DNA of 46,363 nt from a virus (Duplodnaviria; Caudoviricetes). Positions 25,217 through 35,029 of this stretch are shown in pieces. The notes below the pieces were generated by a model. The model was not told the DNA's origin. It saw nothing but the letters and a program-made list of their open reading frames with translations, and did no database searches. The stretch covers positions 1-46,363 of the IMG/VR virus record IMGVR_UViG_3300037851_001498; one strand, written 5' to 3'. The position numbers and the translations under genes are program-made. The first letter of the stretch is position 1; the number at the start of each line of letters is the position of its first letter.

Positions 25217-25852
25217 TTAATTGGCCGATATCCAGGCCACTGTTCCTGGCGCCGTTACCGTGTCAGTCTTGTAGGTCAGGTCTTCATTAAAATAATAAAA
25301 GGTAAGGGTGCCTGATGTTGAGATTCTTACTCTTTTTATGCCACCCCCTCCATCCTGAAGTATGGCAACATTGTAGACTGGATCTACCTGGACAATTGGC
25401 CTATATGCCGCCGGGATAACACCGGCGGAACTTTGTGCAGATGTCGAGAGTGAGTGTGTCATTTCACTCCACGTCATAGTTACGATTCTGCCTATCTTCG
25501 CAATTCTGATTGCATTCGTGCCAGTCAAGCCACCTCCTGGCGTCAGGGTCGTATAGGCCTGCGAATCCGCAATCGCGAGCAGCTTTGCAAAGTCTGCTGC
25601 CACAAGCCCCTGGTTGTGAAGCTGAGATAATTCGGCCGCCGTCGCTGTGTTGCCATCGCATACCTGGCTGATCTCGGCCGCCGTCGCCGAGTTGCCATCG
25701 CATACCTGGCTGATCTCGCCCGCCGTCGCCGTATTGCCTTGGCAAATCTGGTTGATCTCGTCGATGGTTGCTCGAAGGCCCATGGTGGCGCCATAGAGCA
25801 GCATAGTCAAAGCAAGGAACCAGGGGGCCAACAGTTTGATCCTATTTCTCAT
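25217..25852 (-). CDS. Short tail-fibre protein with N-terminal hydrophobic signal and 14-aa repeats (211 aa)
   Basis: SD AGGGAGGA, ATG 25852; ATAAEISQVCDGN repeats; C-terminal KIGRIVT..IPAAYRP fibre-tip motif. Confidence 0.7.
   Translation of the reverse strand: MRNRIKLLAPWFLALTMLLYGATMGLRATIDEINQICQGNTATAGEISQVCDGNSATAAEISQVCDGNTATAAELSQLHNQGLVAADFAKLLAIADSQAYTTLTPGGGLTGTNAIRIAKIGRIVTMTWSEMTHSLSTSAQSSAGVIPAAYRPIVQVDPVYNVAILQDGGGGIKRVRISTSGTLTFYYFNEDLTYKTDTVTAPGTVAWISAN
25622..25771 (-). repeat. 42-bp tandem coding repeat (about 3.5 copies)
   Basis: gttgccatcgcatacctggctgatctcg..cgccgtcgc recurs with 42-nt period. Confidence 0.85.
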
Positions 25853-25862
25853 CGAATCCTCC

Positions 25863-26528
25863 CTATTCGTCTGCCAGAAGCGGCACGGTATGCGGGGAAA
25901 GGAGCCATTGGTCCAGGCCCGGGACGTATTCAAAATCGAACATGGTGCCGATCGTGTTGGATCGGACAAACCCACCGGCGACCCCTATGCTCGATCCCAT
26001 TCTGAATCGTGCAGAACCATTGGCGGTGAGTCGCAAGTATTGAGCGACTGCCACAATAATTCGGCCGCGATAGCCTGCGGCACCGGCTGGAAGCGACAGG
26101 TTGACTTCGGCCGATGCGCCATAATTGGTGAAGGTCTTGGCTATCATCAATTCGTCAGCGGTGATGATGTAGTCGGCAGTCTTTGCACCATATTCGCATT
26201 TGCCGATGCCATCGAAAGAGGATTTGCATAGCGAGAAGTGGAGAATATCCCCTTGTGCCCAGGCCCTGGCTGGAAAGCGGGGATTGACACCTCGCTGGCC
26301 GAGCGTGCAGGTGTCGGTCGATACGCCGGTGATCTTGACACACTCGCGATTTGCTGCCGCGTCCTTGAACCATGCCAGGATGAAGTCTTGTCCATTGTTG
26401 ATGGACGGAACATCGGCAAGGATCTTGGCGCCGTCCCCAGGGGTGATGCCAACCGATCCGTCCGCGGCGCCGATGCCTCCGACGTTCGTTATTCGAGTCT
26501 GCAAACGGTCAACGAATTTAGCCGCCAT
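25863..26528 (-). CDS. Tail fibre attachment/adaptor protein (221 aa)
   Basis: SD GGAG, ATG 26528; GDGAK..ECVKITG...T...RG.....ARAW.QGD virion-anchor motif; C-terminal KTADY.IT..LP domain. Confidence 0.7.
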   Translation of the reverse strand: MAAKFVDRLQTRITNVGGIGAADGSVGITPGDGAKILADVPSINNGQDFILAWFKDAAANRECVKITGVSTDTCTLGQRGVNPRFPARAWAQGDILHFSLCKSSFDGIGKCEYGAKTADYIITADELMIAKTFTNYGASAEVNLSLPAGAAGYRGRIIVAVAQYLRLTANGSARFRMGSSIGVAGGFVRSNTIGTMFDFEYVPGLDQWLLSPHTVPLLADE

Positions 26529-27201
26529 TTGGCATTTCTCCCTGCAAAATCTTGCGGGCCATGTTCGGGCTGAAAACCTTGTCCACCATGTCCTTGCGGC
26601 CAAGGCCGGTGACGAACATATTCCAGGCGCTCATGGCTGAGTTCTTGGCAATGGGTGAAGACGTGGCCGAATACCCACGGAACAGCATGTATTGAAACAG
26701 ATGCGGTTCATGGATGTCATTGATGGTGATCGGTTGATTGATGTTGGCAAGGCGTGGCGGTACGATAGCTTCGACAACCTGGATATGCCCCTGGCCGGTC
26801 TCCGGCTGGGGGGGAAAGCAAAAAAAGCCGCCGTCGTTGCGCTCATCGACCATGATCACGTCAACGGTGGCCGACGGTTCGGCGCTCATCCAGTCCGGAT
26901 TGTTGTTCTCGAACAGGTCGTAATCGGCAGTCTGGATGCGTGTCCCCGGGGTGTTGCCGTCCGTGCCCATGTTTCGGATGGGACGGATTAGGGCATGGGC
27001 ATCGCTGGAGATGGTCTGATACACGCCGGCGACCAGGGCTTTGTTGCGCACGCCTACGCTGATGTCCGGCTTCAAGGCGGCGGCCGTGATCTGGGCATCG
27101 TTGATCCAGCCCAGGTAATCATTGATGAACCGTGTCAAGGAACGGTCCAGCAAGACAACTGACGCATCACCCCTCAATTTTGTGCCGAGCACGGTGCCCA
27201 T
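26518..27201 (-). CDS. Head-tail adaptor protein (DUF6682-like)
   Basis: LLD....R....L.WINDAQ, IRNMGTDG, FFCFPPQP, YMLFRGYS motifs. Confidence 0.7.
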   Translation of the reverse strand: MGTVLGTKLRGDASVVLLDRSLTRFINDYLGWINDAQITAAALKPDISVGVRNKALVAGVYQTISSDAHALIRPIRNMGTDGNTPGTRIQTADYDLFENNNPDWMSAEPSATVDVIMVDERNDGGFFCFPPQPETGQGHIQVVEAIVPPRLANINQPITINDIHEPHLFQYMLFRGYSATSSPIAKNSAMSAWNMFVTGLGRKDMVDKVFSPNMARKILQGEMPNGG

Positions 27202-27202
27202 A

Positions 27203-27925
27203 TCAGAACTCCCTTACTCTTCGTCTGGCTTTTGGAGTATGGCGCGGGGCGAAAGGGAACATCTCTCGCAGCATGGCAAGCCCATCGTTATATTTGGCAA
27301 TATGGAGTTGCAGCAGTTTTGCAATGAGCCCATCATCCAGTGAGCTTTCCGGCAGCTTTTCGACCAGCGTACCGCTTACCAGAAGTTTCGAATGAAGCTC
27401 CTCGGGGATGCCATCAGGGGTGAGCTTGTCCGTGAGATTCATGTTGACCGGTTTCCGGTAGTACTCGCACCGGATGACTTCTTCGTCGGCCACGGCCGGC
27501 CGAACCCACAGGATGTCGTATCCATCGACCGAAACACCATCCACCGCGCATTCCTTGGCAGGGGCGGTTTGGGTCGTCGAGTCATCCTCAAGGATGAATG
27601 GCAGATTGTACGGGCCGCCGATCTGAGATAGGCTGCCGAGGGTGTAGCCATCGTAAAGCGCCTTCCTGGAGGTCCTGACCGTGAGCCAGATGTCATGCGT
27701 GCAACTGTACGCTGTGAGCAGGCTATGGTGATAGGTCCCTGGCATGCGCGCCCCGGGCGTGCCGGCCGGGACTCTCACCTTCTCGGAATGAATCAGCCTT
27801 GGCAGACGGGACAAGGCCGCGGCCTGAAGCTGCTGCCTGTTGACTTCTGCCAGCAGCTCTGATCGCAGGATGGTGGCATCCTTGAGGACCCTCTGGCAGG
27901 CGTTCAGGATTTCGGTGATGATCAT
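27203..27925 (-). CDS. Second adaptor/head completion protein
   Basis: 240 aa; LWVRP...IRCEYYRKP...PDGIPEELH..LLV pattern. Confidence 0.6.
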   Translation of the reverse strand: MIITEILNACQRVLKDATILRSELLAEVNRQQLQAAALSRLPRLIHSEKVRVPAGTPGARMPGTYHHSLLTAYSCTHDIWLTVRTSRKALYDGYTLGSLSQIGGPYNLPFILEDDSTTQTAPAKECAVDGVSVDGYDILWVRPAVADEEVIRCEYYRKPVNMNLTDKLTPDGIPEELHSKLLVSGTLVEKLPESSLDDGLIAKLLQLHIAKYNDGLAMLREMFPFAPRHTPKARRRVREF

Positions 27926-27928
27926 CGC

Positions 27929-28918
27929 CTATTCCTCGTCCGGATCAATCGGCCACGGCTTGTCCGGCATGAGCTTGGCCCATTTTTCTTTGGCACGGTC
28001 CCAAACATCGTCGGGACAATTGAGCAGCTTGGTCTCTTGCTCTTCCACGAACTTCTCGAACCGCTCGGCCGTCAGGCGCACCCAGGTATTGGTCCATGAG
28101 GCCCACTGCTCGTCCGTCCAGCTCTCGCTTTCATCAGCAGGGGGGGCCGGGTCGTTTTCATCCACCACAGCAAAGGGATCATCGGGAATGTCTATGGGGC
28201 AGGGCATGGGGGTCTTGTCCCGGTGATGCAGGGCGATCCATTTCTCGATCGCGATGCGGCGAACCTTCTCGCGGGAAAGCCTGAACTCCCGCAGCCGGCC
28301 ATTTACGAATTCGGCGAACGAGTCCTTGTCCATCGTGCGCCAGGTTTGCATGAACTCGACCTCTTCGTCGGTGAACTCGGGCTCGGGCAGCTTATCTTTT
28401 TGGTAGATCCTGAAGCCATCGATGGAGCACAGACGCTTTCGGTGGTCATTGCGCTGGACCAGACACACATAATGGCCGCATGCGTTCTTCTCGAAGAAGT
28501 ACCGCACGCCGTCCTGGTAGATCTCGGTGGGGCCGTCGCGTTCGATGGTGCATTCGACCATGTAGGGGCTGAAGGGTGGGGGCTCAACGTAGAACTTGTT
28601 GAGATAGTCTGCGACCTGCTCAACAGATGTCATGTGCGAGACGATATGCGCATGAATGAATTCGAACACCTTCTGATTTTCGGCGTAGTCCTCTTCTTCG
28701 AAAGAGGCCATCAGCAGGATTGTTTGAACCCCCTTCGGTGGGCCTCCGATCGTATCAGCGATGAGCACCGCAACAGCCATCTTGTCGAAAGACGATGGTG
28801 AGTGTGCATGCACGACGTAGTCATGTTCTTGCATTGCGGTTTCCACGCATTCTATTTTGATAACCGCCATGATTGCTTCTCTGAGTTCCTGGTCACCAAC
28901 AATTAAAACTTTCGCCAT
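27929..28918 (-). CDS. Head-module protein with receiver-like N-terminus and duplicated Trp-rich C-terminal domain (329 aa)
   Basis: SD AAGAAGGA, ATG 28918 (upstream in-frame ATG lies at a hairpin); central VECTIERDG..YFF...GHYVCLV...HRKRL.SIDGFRIY motif. Confidence 0.65.
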   Translation of the reverse strand: MAKVLIVGDQELREAIMAVIKIECVETAMQEHDYVVHAHSPSSFDKMAVAVLIADTIGGPPKGVQTILLMASFEEEDYAENQKVFEFIHAHIVSHMTSVEQVADYLNKFYVEPPPFSPYMVECTIERDGPTEIYQDGVRYFFEKNACGHYVCLVQRNDHRKRLCSIDGFRIYQKDKLPEPEFTDEEVEFMQTWRTMDKDSFAEFVNGRLREFRLSREKVRRIAIEKWIALHHRDKTPMPCPIDIPDDPFAVVDENDPAPPADESESWTDEQWASWTNTWVRLTAERFEKFVEEQETKLLNCPDDVWDRAKEKWAKLMPDKPWPIDPDEE

Positions 28919-28934
28919 GGTTCCTTCTTTCAGT

Positions 28935-28959
28935 GCGGCGGGGGGCAAACCCCCGCCGC
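28935..28959. other. GC-rich intergenic hairpin without U-tract
   Basis: GCGGCGGGGG-GCAAA-CCCCCGCCGC. Confidence 0.6.
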
Positions 28960-28989
28960 TCATAGTCGGTTAAATCGGTTCAGACCTGG

Positions 28990-29490
28990 TTAAACCCGCA
29001 AACTGGCATCCACGCTCGCATAGAACAGGGTCCCGTAGATATCGCCGGCTACGCCTGTCGGTGCCGTGGTGATTCGCATGGCGACGATCTTTTCGGTGGC
29101 GAGCCCAGGGGCGCCGGACTGAGCCAACCAGGTGGCCGGTTCATGGATGCAGCCGAGGGCGTTCACCCCCTGGACGCCGGCGGCCTGGCCGACCGTGGCC
29201 GCCGAGATCAACTCGGAACCGGTGACCAGGCCGTCCTGGGCGAGGTTCAGGATACCGGCCGTCCATTGCAGGGTGGTGGCACTGTCGAGGTCGTCCAGGT
29301 GCATTTTCAGGTCAACGGGCAGGCAGTTCTCGGGCAGCACGGCCAGGCCCAAAAGGGAGTTCAGGGCCAGGTCGGCCGGGGCCACGGTGAGCTTGAAGCG
29401 CTGAGCCATCACTTCACCGGCCTGGGCCGGCTTGGCGGGCGGCAGCAGGTGACGATTAGAAACAACATCGCTGGATTTTTGAAGAGCCAT
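28990..29490 (-). CDS. Capsid decoration/minor head protein
   Basis: 166 aa beta-rich protein directly after capsid; LAVLP..C.P.D....DDLDS motif. Confidence 0.65.
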   Translation of the reverse strand: MALQKSSDVVSNRHLLPPAKPAQAGEVMAQRFKLTVAPADLALNSLLGLAVLPENCLPVDLKMHLDDLDSATTLQWTAGILNLAQDGLVTGSELISAATVGQAAGVQGVNALGCIHEPATWLAQSGAPGLATEKIVAMRITTAPTGVAGDIYGTLFYASVDASLRV

Positions 29491-29533
29491 GATTTAAACC
29501 TCACTTTCTTTGGTTGATGCGCGAAGATTGTTA

Positions 29534-29557
29534 CCTGCCGGGGGTTGCCCCGGCAGG
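29534..29557. other. GC-rich hairpin after capsid gene (mRNA-stabilising or weak terminator)
   Basis: CCTGCCGGGG-GTTG-CCCCGGCAGG. Confidence 0.6.
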
Positions 29558-29568
29558 GGTCGGTCATG

Positions 29569-30708
29569 CTATCCCGGGTTGACGCAATAAGTGTCGTACG
29601 CGATCACTCCGAAGTCCTTGCCGTTGTAGGTGCATTTCTTGATACCGACGATGGTGGAGCTGGTGATGATCAACTGGTTCCCGTTGTCGCGGGTGCTCTC
29701 GTTCCAGGAGTACCGCAGGCCGGTACCGGGGCTGCCGAAGGCGACGACGAGGGCCTGGCTGCCGAGGAACAAGGCCCGGGCCGCCGGCAGGTTGGTACCG
29801 GCGCCGTAATCGCTGAACCGGATCACGTTGCGGTGCTTCTGCAGCACGACGCCGTTGTGCATACCGGAACCGCCGATGGCGATGGGGGAACGGGTGCCGA
29901 GGTTGGTCGCCAGGGCTTTCTGGATATCCATCCAGGAACTGCCGCCGGTGGGGGTCAGGCCGGTGCGCAGGTCATACTCCTGCCATTCGTGCATGAGCAG
30001 GACGTAGTGATTGCCGCCGCCTTCGACCGGGATGGGCTGGATCTGCGGGGTCTGAAGGTTGCCGTCCGTACCGGCTGCACCGGAACCGGCGCCGCCCCCC
30101 ATGGTGCCGGCCTTGGCCACCAGGCGATCCACATCACCGAGGGAAGTCACATCGGACGACGTGATGGTGGCCTTGGTCTTTTTTCCCGCATAGATGATGT
30201 GGTCGGAATCCGGCGCGGTGATCGCATTGCCGCCGAATCCGGCATACCCGATGGGATACACGAAATCGGAATTGATGCCCCGGGAGCCGGAACCGTACAT
30301 GAAGGACAACTCATCGAACACGCGGGCCCACCATTCGGACTGACGCTTCTTGCCAACAGTGCGCAGTTGGTGCTTGGTACGCTTGCGGCTCATCCGGCCG
30401 CCTGAGTTGATACCACCGCGAAGCTGGAGGATCTTCACTTCGTCGGTGTAGAACTTCAGACGTTCTTCCTTGTTCTCCAGAACATCATCGCCTTCGACCG
30501 GCTGCATGGTCATCTGCATGTTCAGATCATAGGAAATGGTGTCGCCGGAATCGCTTTCAAGGTCATCGAGCTGTTGCATGGGCATCATGGAATCCGGCCC
30601 CTTGCCCATGTAACGGGTGGTCCAGTAGCCTTTCTTGGGGGTATCCACCGCCAGAAAAGCGGAGAACTTCTTGATGGCTTTGGCATCGCCTGCCGCAATA
30701 ATCGTCAT
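29569..30708 (-). CDS. Major capsid protein, N4-gp56/DUF4043 family
   Basis: DDLESDSGDTISYDL, VEGDDVLENKEERL, GGRMSRKRT, YVLLMH.WQ..DLR, ARALFLG.QA..AFG, GIKK..YNGKDFGVI. Confidence 0.92.
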   Translation of the reverse strand: MTIIAAGDAKAIKKFSAFLAVDTPKKGYWTTRYMGKGPDSMMPMQQLDDLESDSGDTISYDLNMQMTMQPVEGDDVLENKEERLKFYTDEVKILQLRGGINSGGRMSRKRTKHQLRTVGKKRQSEWWARVFDELSFMYGSGSRGINSDFVYPIGYAGFGGNAITAPDSDHIIYAGKKTKATITSSDVTSLGDVDRLVAKAGTMGGGAGSGAAGTDGNLQTPQIQPIPVEGGGNHYVLLMHEWQEYDLRTGLTPTGGSSWMDIQKALATNLGTRSPIAIGGSGMHNGVVLQKHRNVIRFSDYGAGTNLPAARALFLGSQALVVAFGSPGTGLRYSWNESTRDNGNQLIITSSTIVGIKKCTYNGKDFGVIAYDTYCVNPG

Positions 30709-30839
30709 GGTAAAACCTCCCTATTCAAACATTGGATTTTGAGTTTCGGTTCAGTCACTTCCTGTGTCCTTTTGCTCATCATCCCCTGGCTATGTTTGAA
30801 CCCGGGCGGTCATGCGACCTAAAGAGCAATTGATGCTAT

Positions 30840-31781
30840 CTATCTGCTCTCGTACCGCTCCCTCTGAGCGGGAGTCAGCTTTTCAACGGCGTCCTGGTAA
30901 GCGGCGCCGGTAAGATTGTCGAGCCATGTGAATTCGTCGGTATCGTTCTCTTCCTTGGAACTCGGGGCGGCGCCCAGATCTGCGCCTATCTCTCTTCGGT
31001 CGGCTGCGGCCTTCTTCGCTGCGGCCAGATCCTTGTTCTTGTCTTTACCCTTATCCGGAGGCTGGGCGGCGCTCTTCCCGGCAAGGAGGCCCAGGTCCTC
31101 TTCAACCATCTGTTTGGCCTTCAAGAGCACCTTGCGGTCGGACAGCTTGGCCCCCTCATCGGACTTGAGGATGGTGTTAACGGCATGCACATAGGCCGCG
31201 TTGAGTGTCGGCTTATCCTTGAACGCCTGGTTTTGCTTGAAAAAGCGATTCTGTTCGGCCTGCCAGTGAGCTTCCCGGGCACCATCGTTGGCCTTCTGGG
31301 CGGTTTCGGCCTGCCATTGCAGTTTGTTATAGGCGTCCTTGGCGGTGTCGTACTCGTCATAGGAGATTTCGCCCTCTTCGAACTTTTTCTTGGCCTCATC
31401 GAACGCCGTTTTGGCCTTGTCGATCTCCTCTTTCGCCGGCGGTTTCATGATAGGTAGAATCGGTTCGTCATCGTCCTCTTCTGCATCGGCGGCCGGTGTT
31501 TGCTTTGCGGCATCATCGGCTTTCGCCTTGGCAGCCGCCGCGGCGTCGTCATCCTCTTTGGCTTTCTTGGCGGCTTCGGCTGCTGCATCGGCATCGGCCT
31601 TGGCTTTGGCGTCCGCTTCGGCTTTGGCCTTGGCGGCCTCTTCCTGGGCAGCGGCTTCCTGGTCCGCCTGCTCTTCATCGCCGGCGCCGGCTCCATCATC
31701 GCCATCATCGGTGTCGTCCTCGATTGCCGCGATCTCCTCGGGGCTCAGGCCTTCTTTTTCTTCGTCGGTTAAGACGCCCAT
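30840..31781 (-). CDS. Scaffolding protein
   Basis: Acidic, Ala/Lys-rich coiled coil directly upstream of capsid; C-terminal F..LD.L.G..Y..AV..L...QRERY. Confidence 0.75.
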   Translation of the reverse strand: MGVLTDEEKEGLSPEEIAAIEDDTDDGDDGAGAGDEEQADQEAAAQEEAAKAKAEADAKAKADADAAAEAAKKAKEDDDAAAAAKAKADDAAKQTPAADAEEDDDEPILPIMKPPAKEEIDKAKTAFDEAKKKFEEGEISYDEYDTAKDAYNKLQWQAETAQKANDGAREAHWQAEQNRFFKQNQAFKDKPTLNAAYVHAVNTILKSDEGAKLSDRKVLLKAKQMVEEDLGLLAGKSAAQPPDKGKDKNKDLAAAKKAAADRREIGADLGAAPSSKEENDTDEFTWLDNLTGAAYQDAVEKLTPAQRERYESR

Positions 31782-31813
31782 GCTATTCCTCCTTCATCGG
31801 TGTTGATCGTTTC

Positions 31814-32344
31814 TCACACTACTTTGGGGCATTGAAGCGGTTCACCTGCCAAATGAGGGGCTTCTTCATCGCTTTCCAGATCAGGGGCCTTAATCATTCC
31901 ATCGATCGGCTTGTCGTCGTCCTCATAACCCATGACAAGTGTGCCCTCAGGGACGGCAAGCGGCGCGGTCTGGCCGGCGGTAGAGAAGTCCGCAGCGATC
32001 TCCCTGGCAATCTCCTCCATGGTCTTGCCGCCATAGCCGACCTGCGCAGGGAATGCGCTCTGAAGAAAGGGCCGTCCCGCGATGTCGGTGCAGATCTGAA
32101 CGCCGGGAACGAACGTCAGGGCTTCGGCGATGGAGTGCGTGCCACCGTAGTTCTTCTGGTGGGTGGTCACTTGTACCAGGCAGCCGGCCCCCGGGATCTC
32201 CATGGCCTTGGTGGACTTCATCCAGCCCTCTTCCTCGGAATAGGCTTTGGAAATCAGGCGCCACAAATCTGCGCCGAAGGTTTGGACATCGTTGACTTTC
32301 TCTTTGCGGTCATCGGAGCTCAGTACGTTGAGTGTCTTTTTCAT
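31814..32344 (-). CDS. Phage hypothetical protein
   Basis: SD AAGGAAGGA, ATG 32344; SEEEGWMKSTKAMEIPG.GC.VQVTT..AEALTFVPG; ORF is also open upstream to 32557. Confidence 0.65.
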   Translation of the reverse strand: MKKTLNVLSSDDRKEKVNDVQTFGADLWRLISKAYSEEEGWMKSTKAMEIPGAGCLVQVTTHQKNYGGTHSIAEALTFVPGVQICTDIAGRPFLQSAFPAQVGYGGKTMEEIAREIAADFSTAGQTAPLAVPEGTLVMGYEDDDKPIDGMIKAPDLESDEEAPHLAGEPLQCPKVV

Positions 32345-32566
32345 GCTCGGTCCTTCCTTTCTCAATAAAGTTTCGGTCGAATCGGCGGTGCGGGGTCGGC
32401 CGGACTCCGACCCCTTGCCGGGCCGTTGCTGGATGAGGTAGCCAGCGTGGGCCTTTTGGATTTTAAAGAGAGTGCCCATGGACGCCATCATTCCGAGGGG
32501 TCGCTTGTTGACTGCGGCTGTCCGGCCAGGAGCCACTTCGAAGGCATGGCTGTCCATGGGCAGGCT

Positions 32567-32866
32567 TTATCCTTTCACCGGGAAGGTCTCGATGTACTCG
32601 ACCTTGTCCTTGTTGACGTGCACCTGGCCGCCATCGGCCTTGAAGAAGTGGGTCCACACGCTGTCGCCCTTCCACTTCCCGCGGACCTTCTTGTAATGAC
32701 CGGATTCGAAGGAGATGAGCGAGTCCATCACCCCTGGAAGGTCCTGCTTGGGGTTGTCATGGGCGGCGTCGGTAGCCAATTCCACACCACCACAGGCGGA
32801 CTTTCGCACGAGCGCCATCTCTGCCTCTTTCCCATCGATATGGGTTTTCAAACGTTCATCACCCAT
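32567..32866 (-). CDS. Hypothetical protein
   Basis: 99 aa, overlaps portal stop, SD GGAGG, phage-like codon usage. Confidence 0.6.
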   Translation of the reverse strand: MGDERLKTHIDGKEAEMALVRKSACGGVELATDAAHDNPKQDLPGVMDSLISFESGHYKKVRGKWKGDSVWTHFFKADGGQVHVNKDKVEYIETFPVKG

Positions 32867-35024
32867 TCTTCTTTCCTCCTGGTAATGCCTTCAGTTGCGG
32901 GTTTGCCTCTTGGAAACGCCGCGCCTCGATGTTGCTGAGGGCCGTCGCCTTCTTCACGCGAACCTCTTCCATCTTTGTCTTGATGCCGGCCAGCGTCGCC
33001 CGGGCGTCGGCAAGGGCCTTCTCGGCCATGGCACTTTCTTTGTTCGCCTGGGCCTCCTTGAGCTGCATCTCCAGCTTGATCATGGCTTCCTGGAGGGCTT
33101 TTTGCTCCTGGGCCGCCTGGGCCTCGGCCTCTTTGCGGGCGATCACCTGCGGGTCTTCCGGATCTTCGTTAGGATCGGTCTGGCCGTTGATCTTGCGGAT
33201 GCGCTGGACCATGGCCTCACGGCCCGGCAGGTCTGACAGCTCCACCCACATATCCAGGATCTGCAGGGCTATCTCGGGCGGGATCTTTCCCAGCATTTCC
33301 CCGAGCTGCTCGAACATGGCTTGCCGGATGGTGGCCGCGTAGTTGCTGGCATCGATCACGAAGTCGCATTGTGTGGCGGTGATGTCGTTGAGCACGCCCC
33401 CGTCCGGGGCTGGCACGTTGAAGTCGATATACTCGGGCTTGCCGTCGTTGCCGGTGACGCGGATGGTGCGCTCCTCACTGTAGAACTGCTCGGCCAGGCT
33501 GAGGGTAATTTCCCCCTCCAGTTGGAACGCGAACAAGGCGTTGTCGAACAGCTTGGCGGTGTTGATGTTGGCCTGCTCCTGGCGTTGCCTGATGGCTCGA
33601 CCTGACGTGGCGTTGGTTTGGACTCCGCGAGCTTCGTCGGTGACGCCACCATTGCTTTCGATGAACGATGCATCCTGCTCCATCAAGCGGACATGCTCGG
33701 CGCTGATGGCGGACTTCGTGTAATCGCGCAGTTGCATCTGGGTGACGTCCTTGACCACCATGACGCCGTCGGGGCGGTCTTTCTCCTCGACAAGGTCATC
33801 GAAATCGACCCAATTCTTGTCCTGGATCACCATCTGGTTGCTGGACAGGTGCCATAGCGCCTTTGCGCGGCGCTTGTTCAGGTCCATCTGCGGGTCCATC
33901 TGCTGCTTGGAGACACCGTAGGGTGTTCCATCGCGCTTCTTGCGATAGGCCCACTGCGGAATAAGAGAGAAGCGGTTATGATTGTAGCGGCGCAGGCCCC
34001 ATTGGAGAATATGGTGACCGCAAAAAATCATGCGGTACATGACCATGCGAACCGAATCATGTAGACTGGCGAAACCGTTTTGGACAAGACGCGCCAGGGC
34101 CTCGTTGCTCGAATCGAAGATGGCGCCGTTCAGACTCCCGAGCTCTTTTCCACGGACGATTTGCACCGAAGCAGGCATGCGGTATTCGACGCCTACGATG
34201 CGCAGGCGGTCACGCCTGGTATCGGTTCCGAACGGCGTGAGATCGCTCCCGGAAAGCTCTTCAATTTCGGGATCGATACTGGCCTCATCATATTCATCGA
34301 TCAGAGAATCGCCTTGGGAATGGAGCTGTGCCCAGAGAACGTCCTTGCGATCCGGAAACATCGCAACGGCGATATCATAATCCACGATGCGGGTGCGGAA
34401 GACATAGCGCCAGTCGGCACCATCCTGCTGCTTGCCGCAACTGTCGTGCCAGACGTTGCGCCAATCCTCGTATCGGACATAGATCGGGTCTTCGGTCTCG
34501 TCGGTACGGATGCCGACATCGCGCCAACCGAGGCCTGATATGGACTGGTCAGAGAAAGATAGGGATCTGTTATACCGGGCGTATGTAATGTCCTGGATGT
34601 ACTTCAGGAGCTTGGTCTTCGACTCGGCTGCCTTGGACGCATCCTTGGACCGCGGAAGAACCAGATAGTCAAAACGAATCCTGCTCTCGGTACCGGCCAA
34701 CCAATCTTGAGTTGACTTCATCAGGTTGTAGACGAACGGGTATTGACCGCGATCTTCGAGCTCTTGCTCGTCTTCCGGGTCCCATTGATCACCATCGACG
34801 TAATCATGGGCCTTCATGCGCTCGGCCCGGTTGTCCATCTGTTTGGCGCGTTCGTAGTGCCACCATCCGAGGACCAGCTTTAAATGACGCTGGGCCTCCG
34901 GGTCCCTATCGAGCTTGTGGGAGCCGATGGCGTACTTCGCGCCCTTCGGGATATCGAGCCCCTTTGTCTGCTCTTCCGGCGTCAGGCCGACTTCCGGCGC
35001 GGTTTGGTCGATGGGTACAGGCAT
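32859..35024 (-). CDS. Portal protein (P22-like)
   Basis: 721 aa; DY.DGDQW, N.......W..G.E, SGLGW, PYG....DPQ..LNKR..K, NATSG.AI..RQ; C-terminal coiled-coil barrel. Confidence 0.9.
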   Translation of the reverse strand: MPVPIDQTAPEVGLTPEEQTKGLDIPKGAKYAIGSHKLDRDPEAQRHLKLVLGWWHYERAKQMDNRAERMKAHDYVDGDQWDPEDEQELEDRGQYPFVYNLMKSTQDWLAGTESRIRFDYLVLPRSKDASKAAESKTKLLKYIQDITYARYNRSLSFSDQSISGLGWRDVGIRTDETEDPIYVRYEDWRNVWHDSCGKQQDGADWRYVFRTRIVDYDIAVAMFPDRKDVLWAQLHSQGDSLIDEYDEASIDPEIEELSGSDLTPFGTDTRRDRLRIVGVEYRMPASVQIVRGKELGSLNGAIFDSSNEALARLVQNGFASLHDSVRMVMYRMIFCGHHILQWGLRRYNHNRFSLIPQWAYRKKRDGTPYGVSKQQMDPQMDLNKRRAKALWHLSSNQMVIQDKNWVDFDDLVEEKDRPDGVMVVKDVTQMQLRDYTKSAISAEHVRLMEQDASFIESNGGVTDEARGVQTNATSGRAIRQRQEQANINTAKLFDNALFAFQLEGEITLSLAEQFYSEERTIRVTGNDGKPEYIDFNVPAPDGGVLNDITATQCDFVIDASNYAATIRQAMFEQLGEMLGKIPPEIALQILDMWVELSDLPGREAMVQRIRKINGQTDPNEDPEDPQVIARKEAEAQAAQEQKALQEAMIKLEMQLKEAQANKESAMAEKALADARATLAGIKTKMEEVRVKKATALSNIEARRFQEANPQLKALPGGKKNG

Positions 35025-35029
35025 TGGCT

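Noticed and set aside
25622-25771. Tandem repeats as CRISPR or DGR repeats
   Set aside because: In-frame 42-bp coding repeats with no spacers; no cas or reverse transcriptase gene in window
29545-32368. Plus-strand ORFs 29545-30405 and 31496-32368
   Set aside because: Antisense to capsid and scaffold genes; low-complexity artefacts
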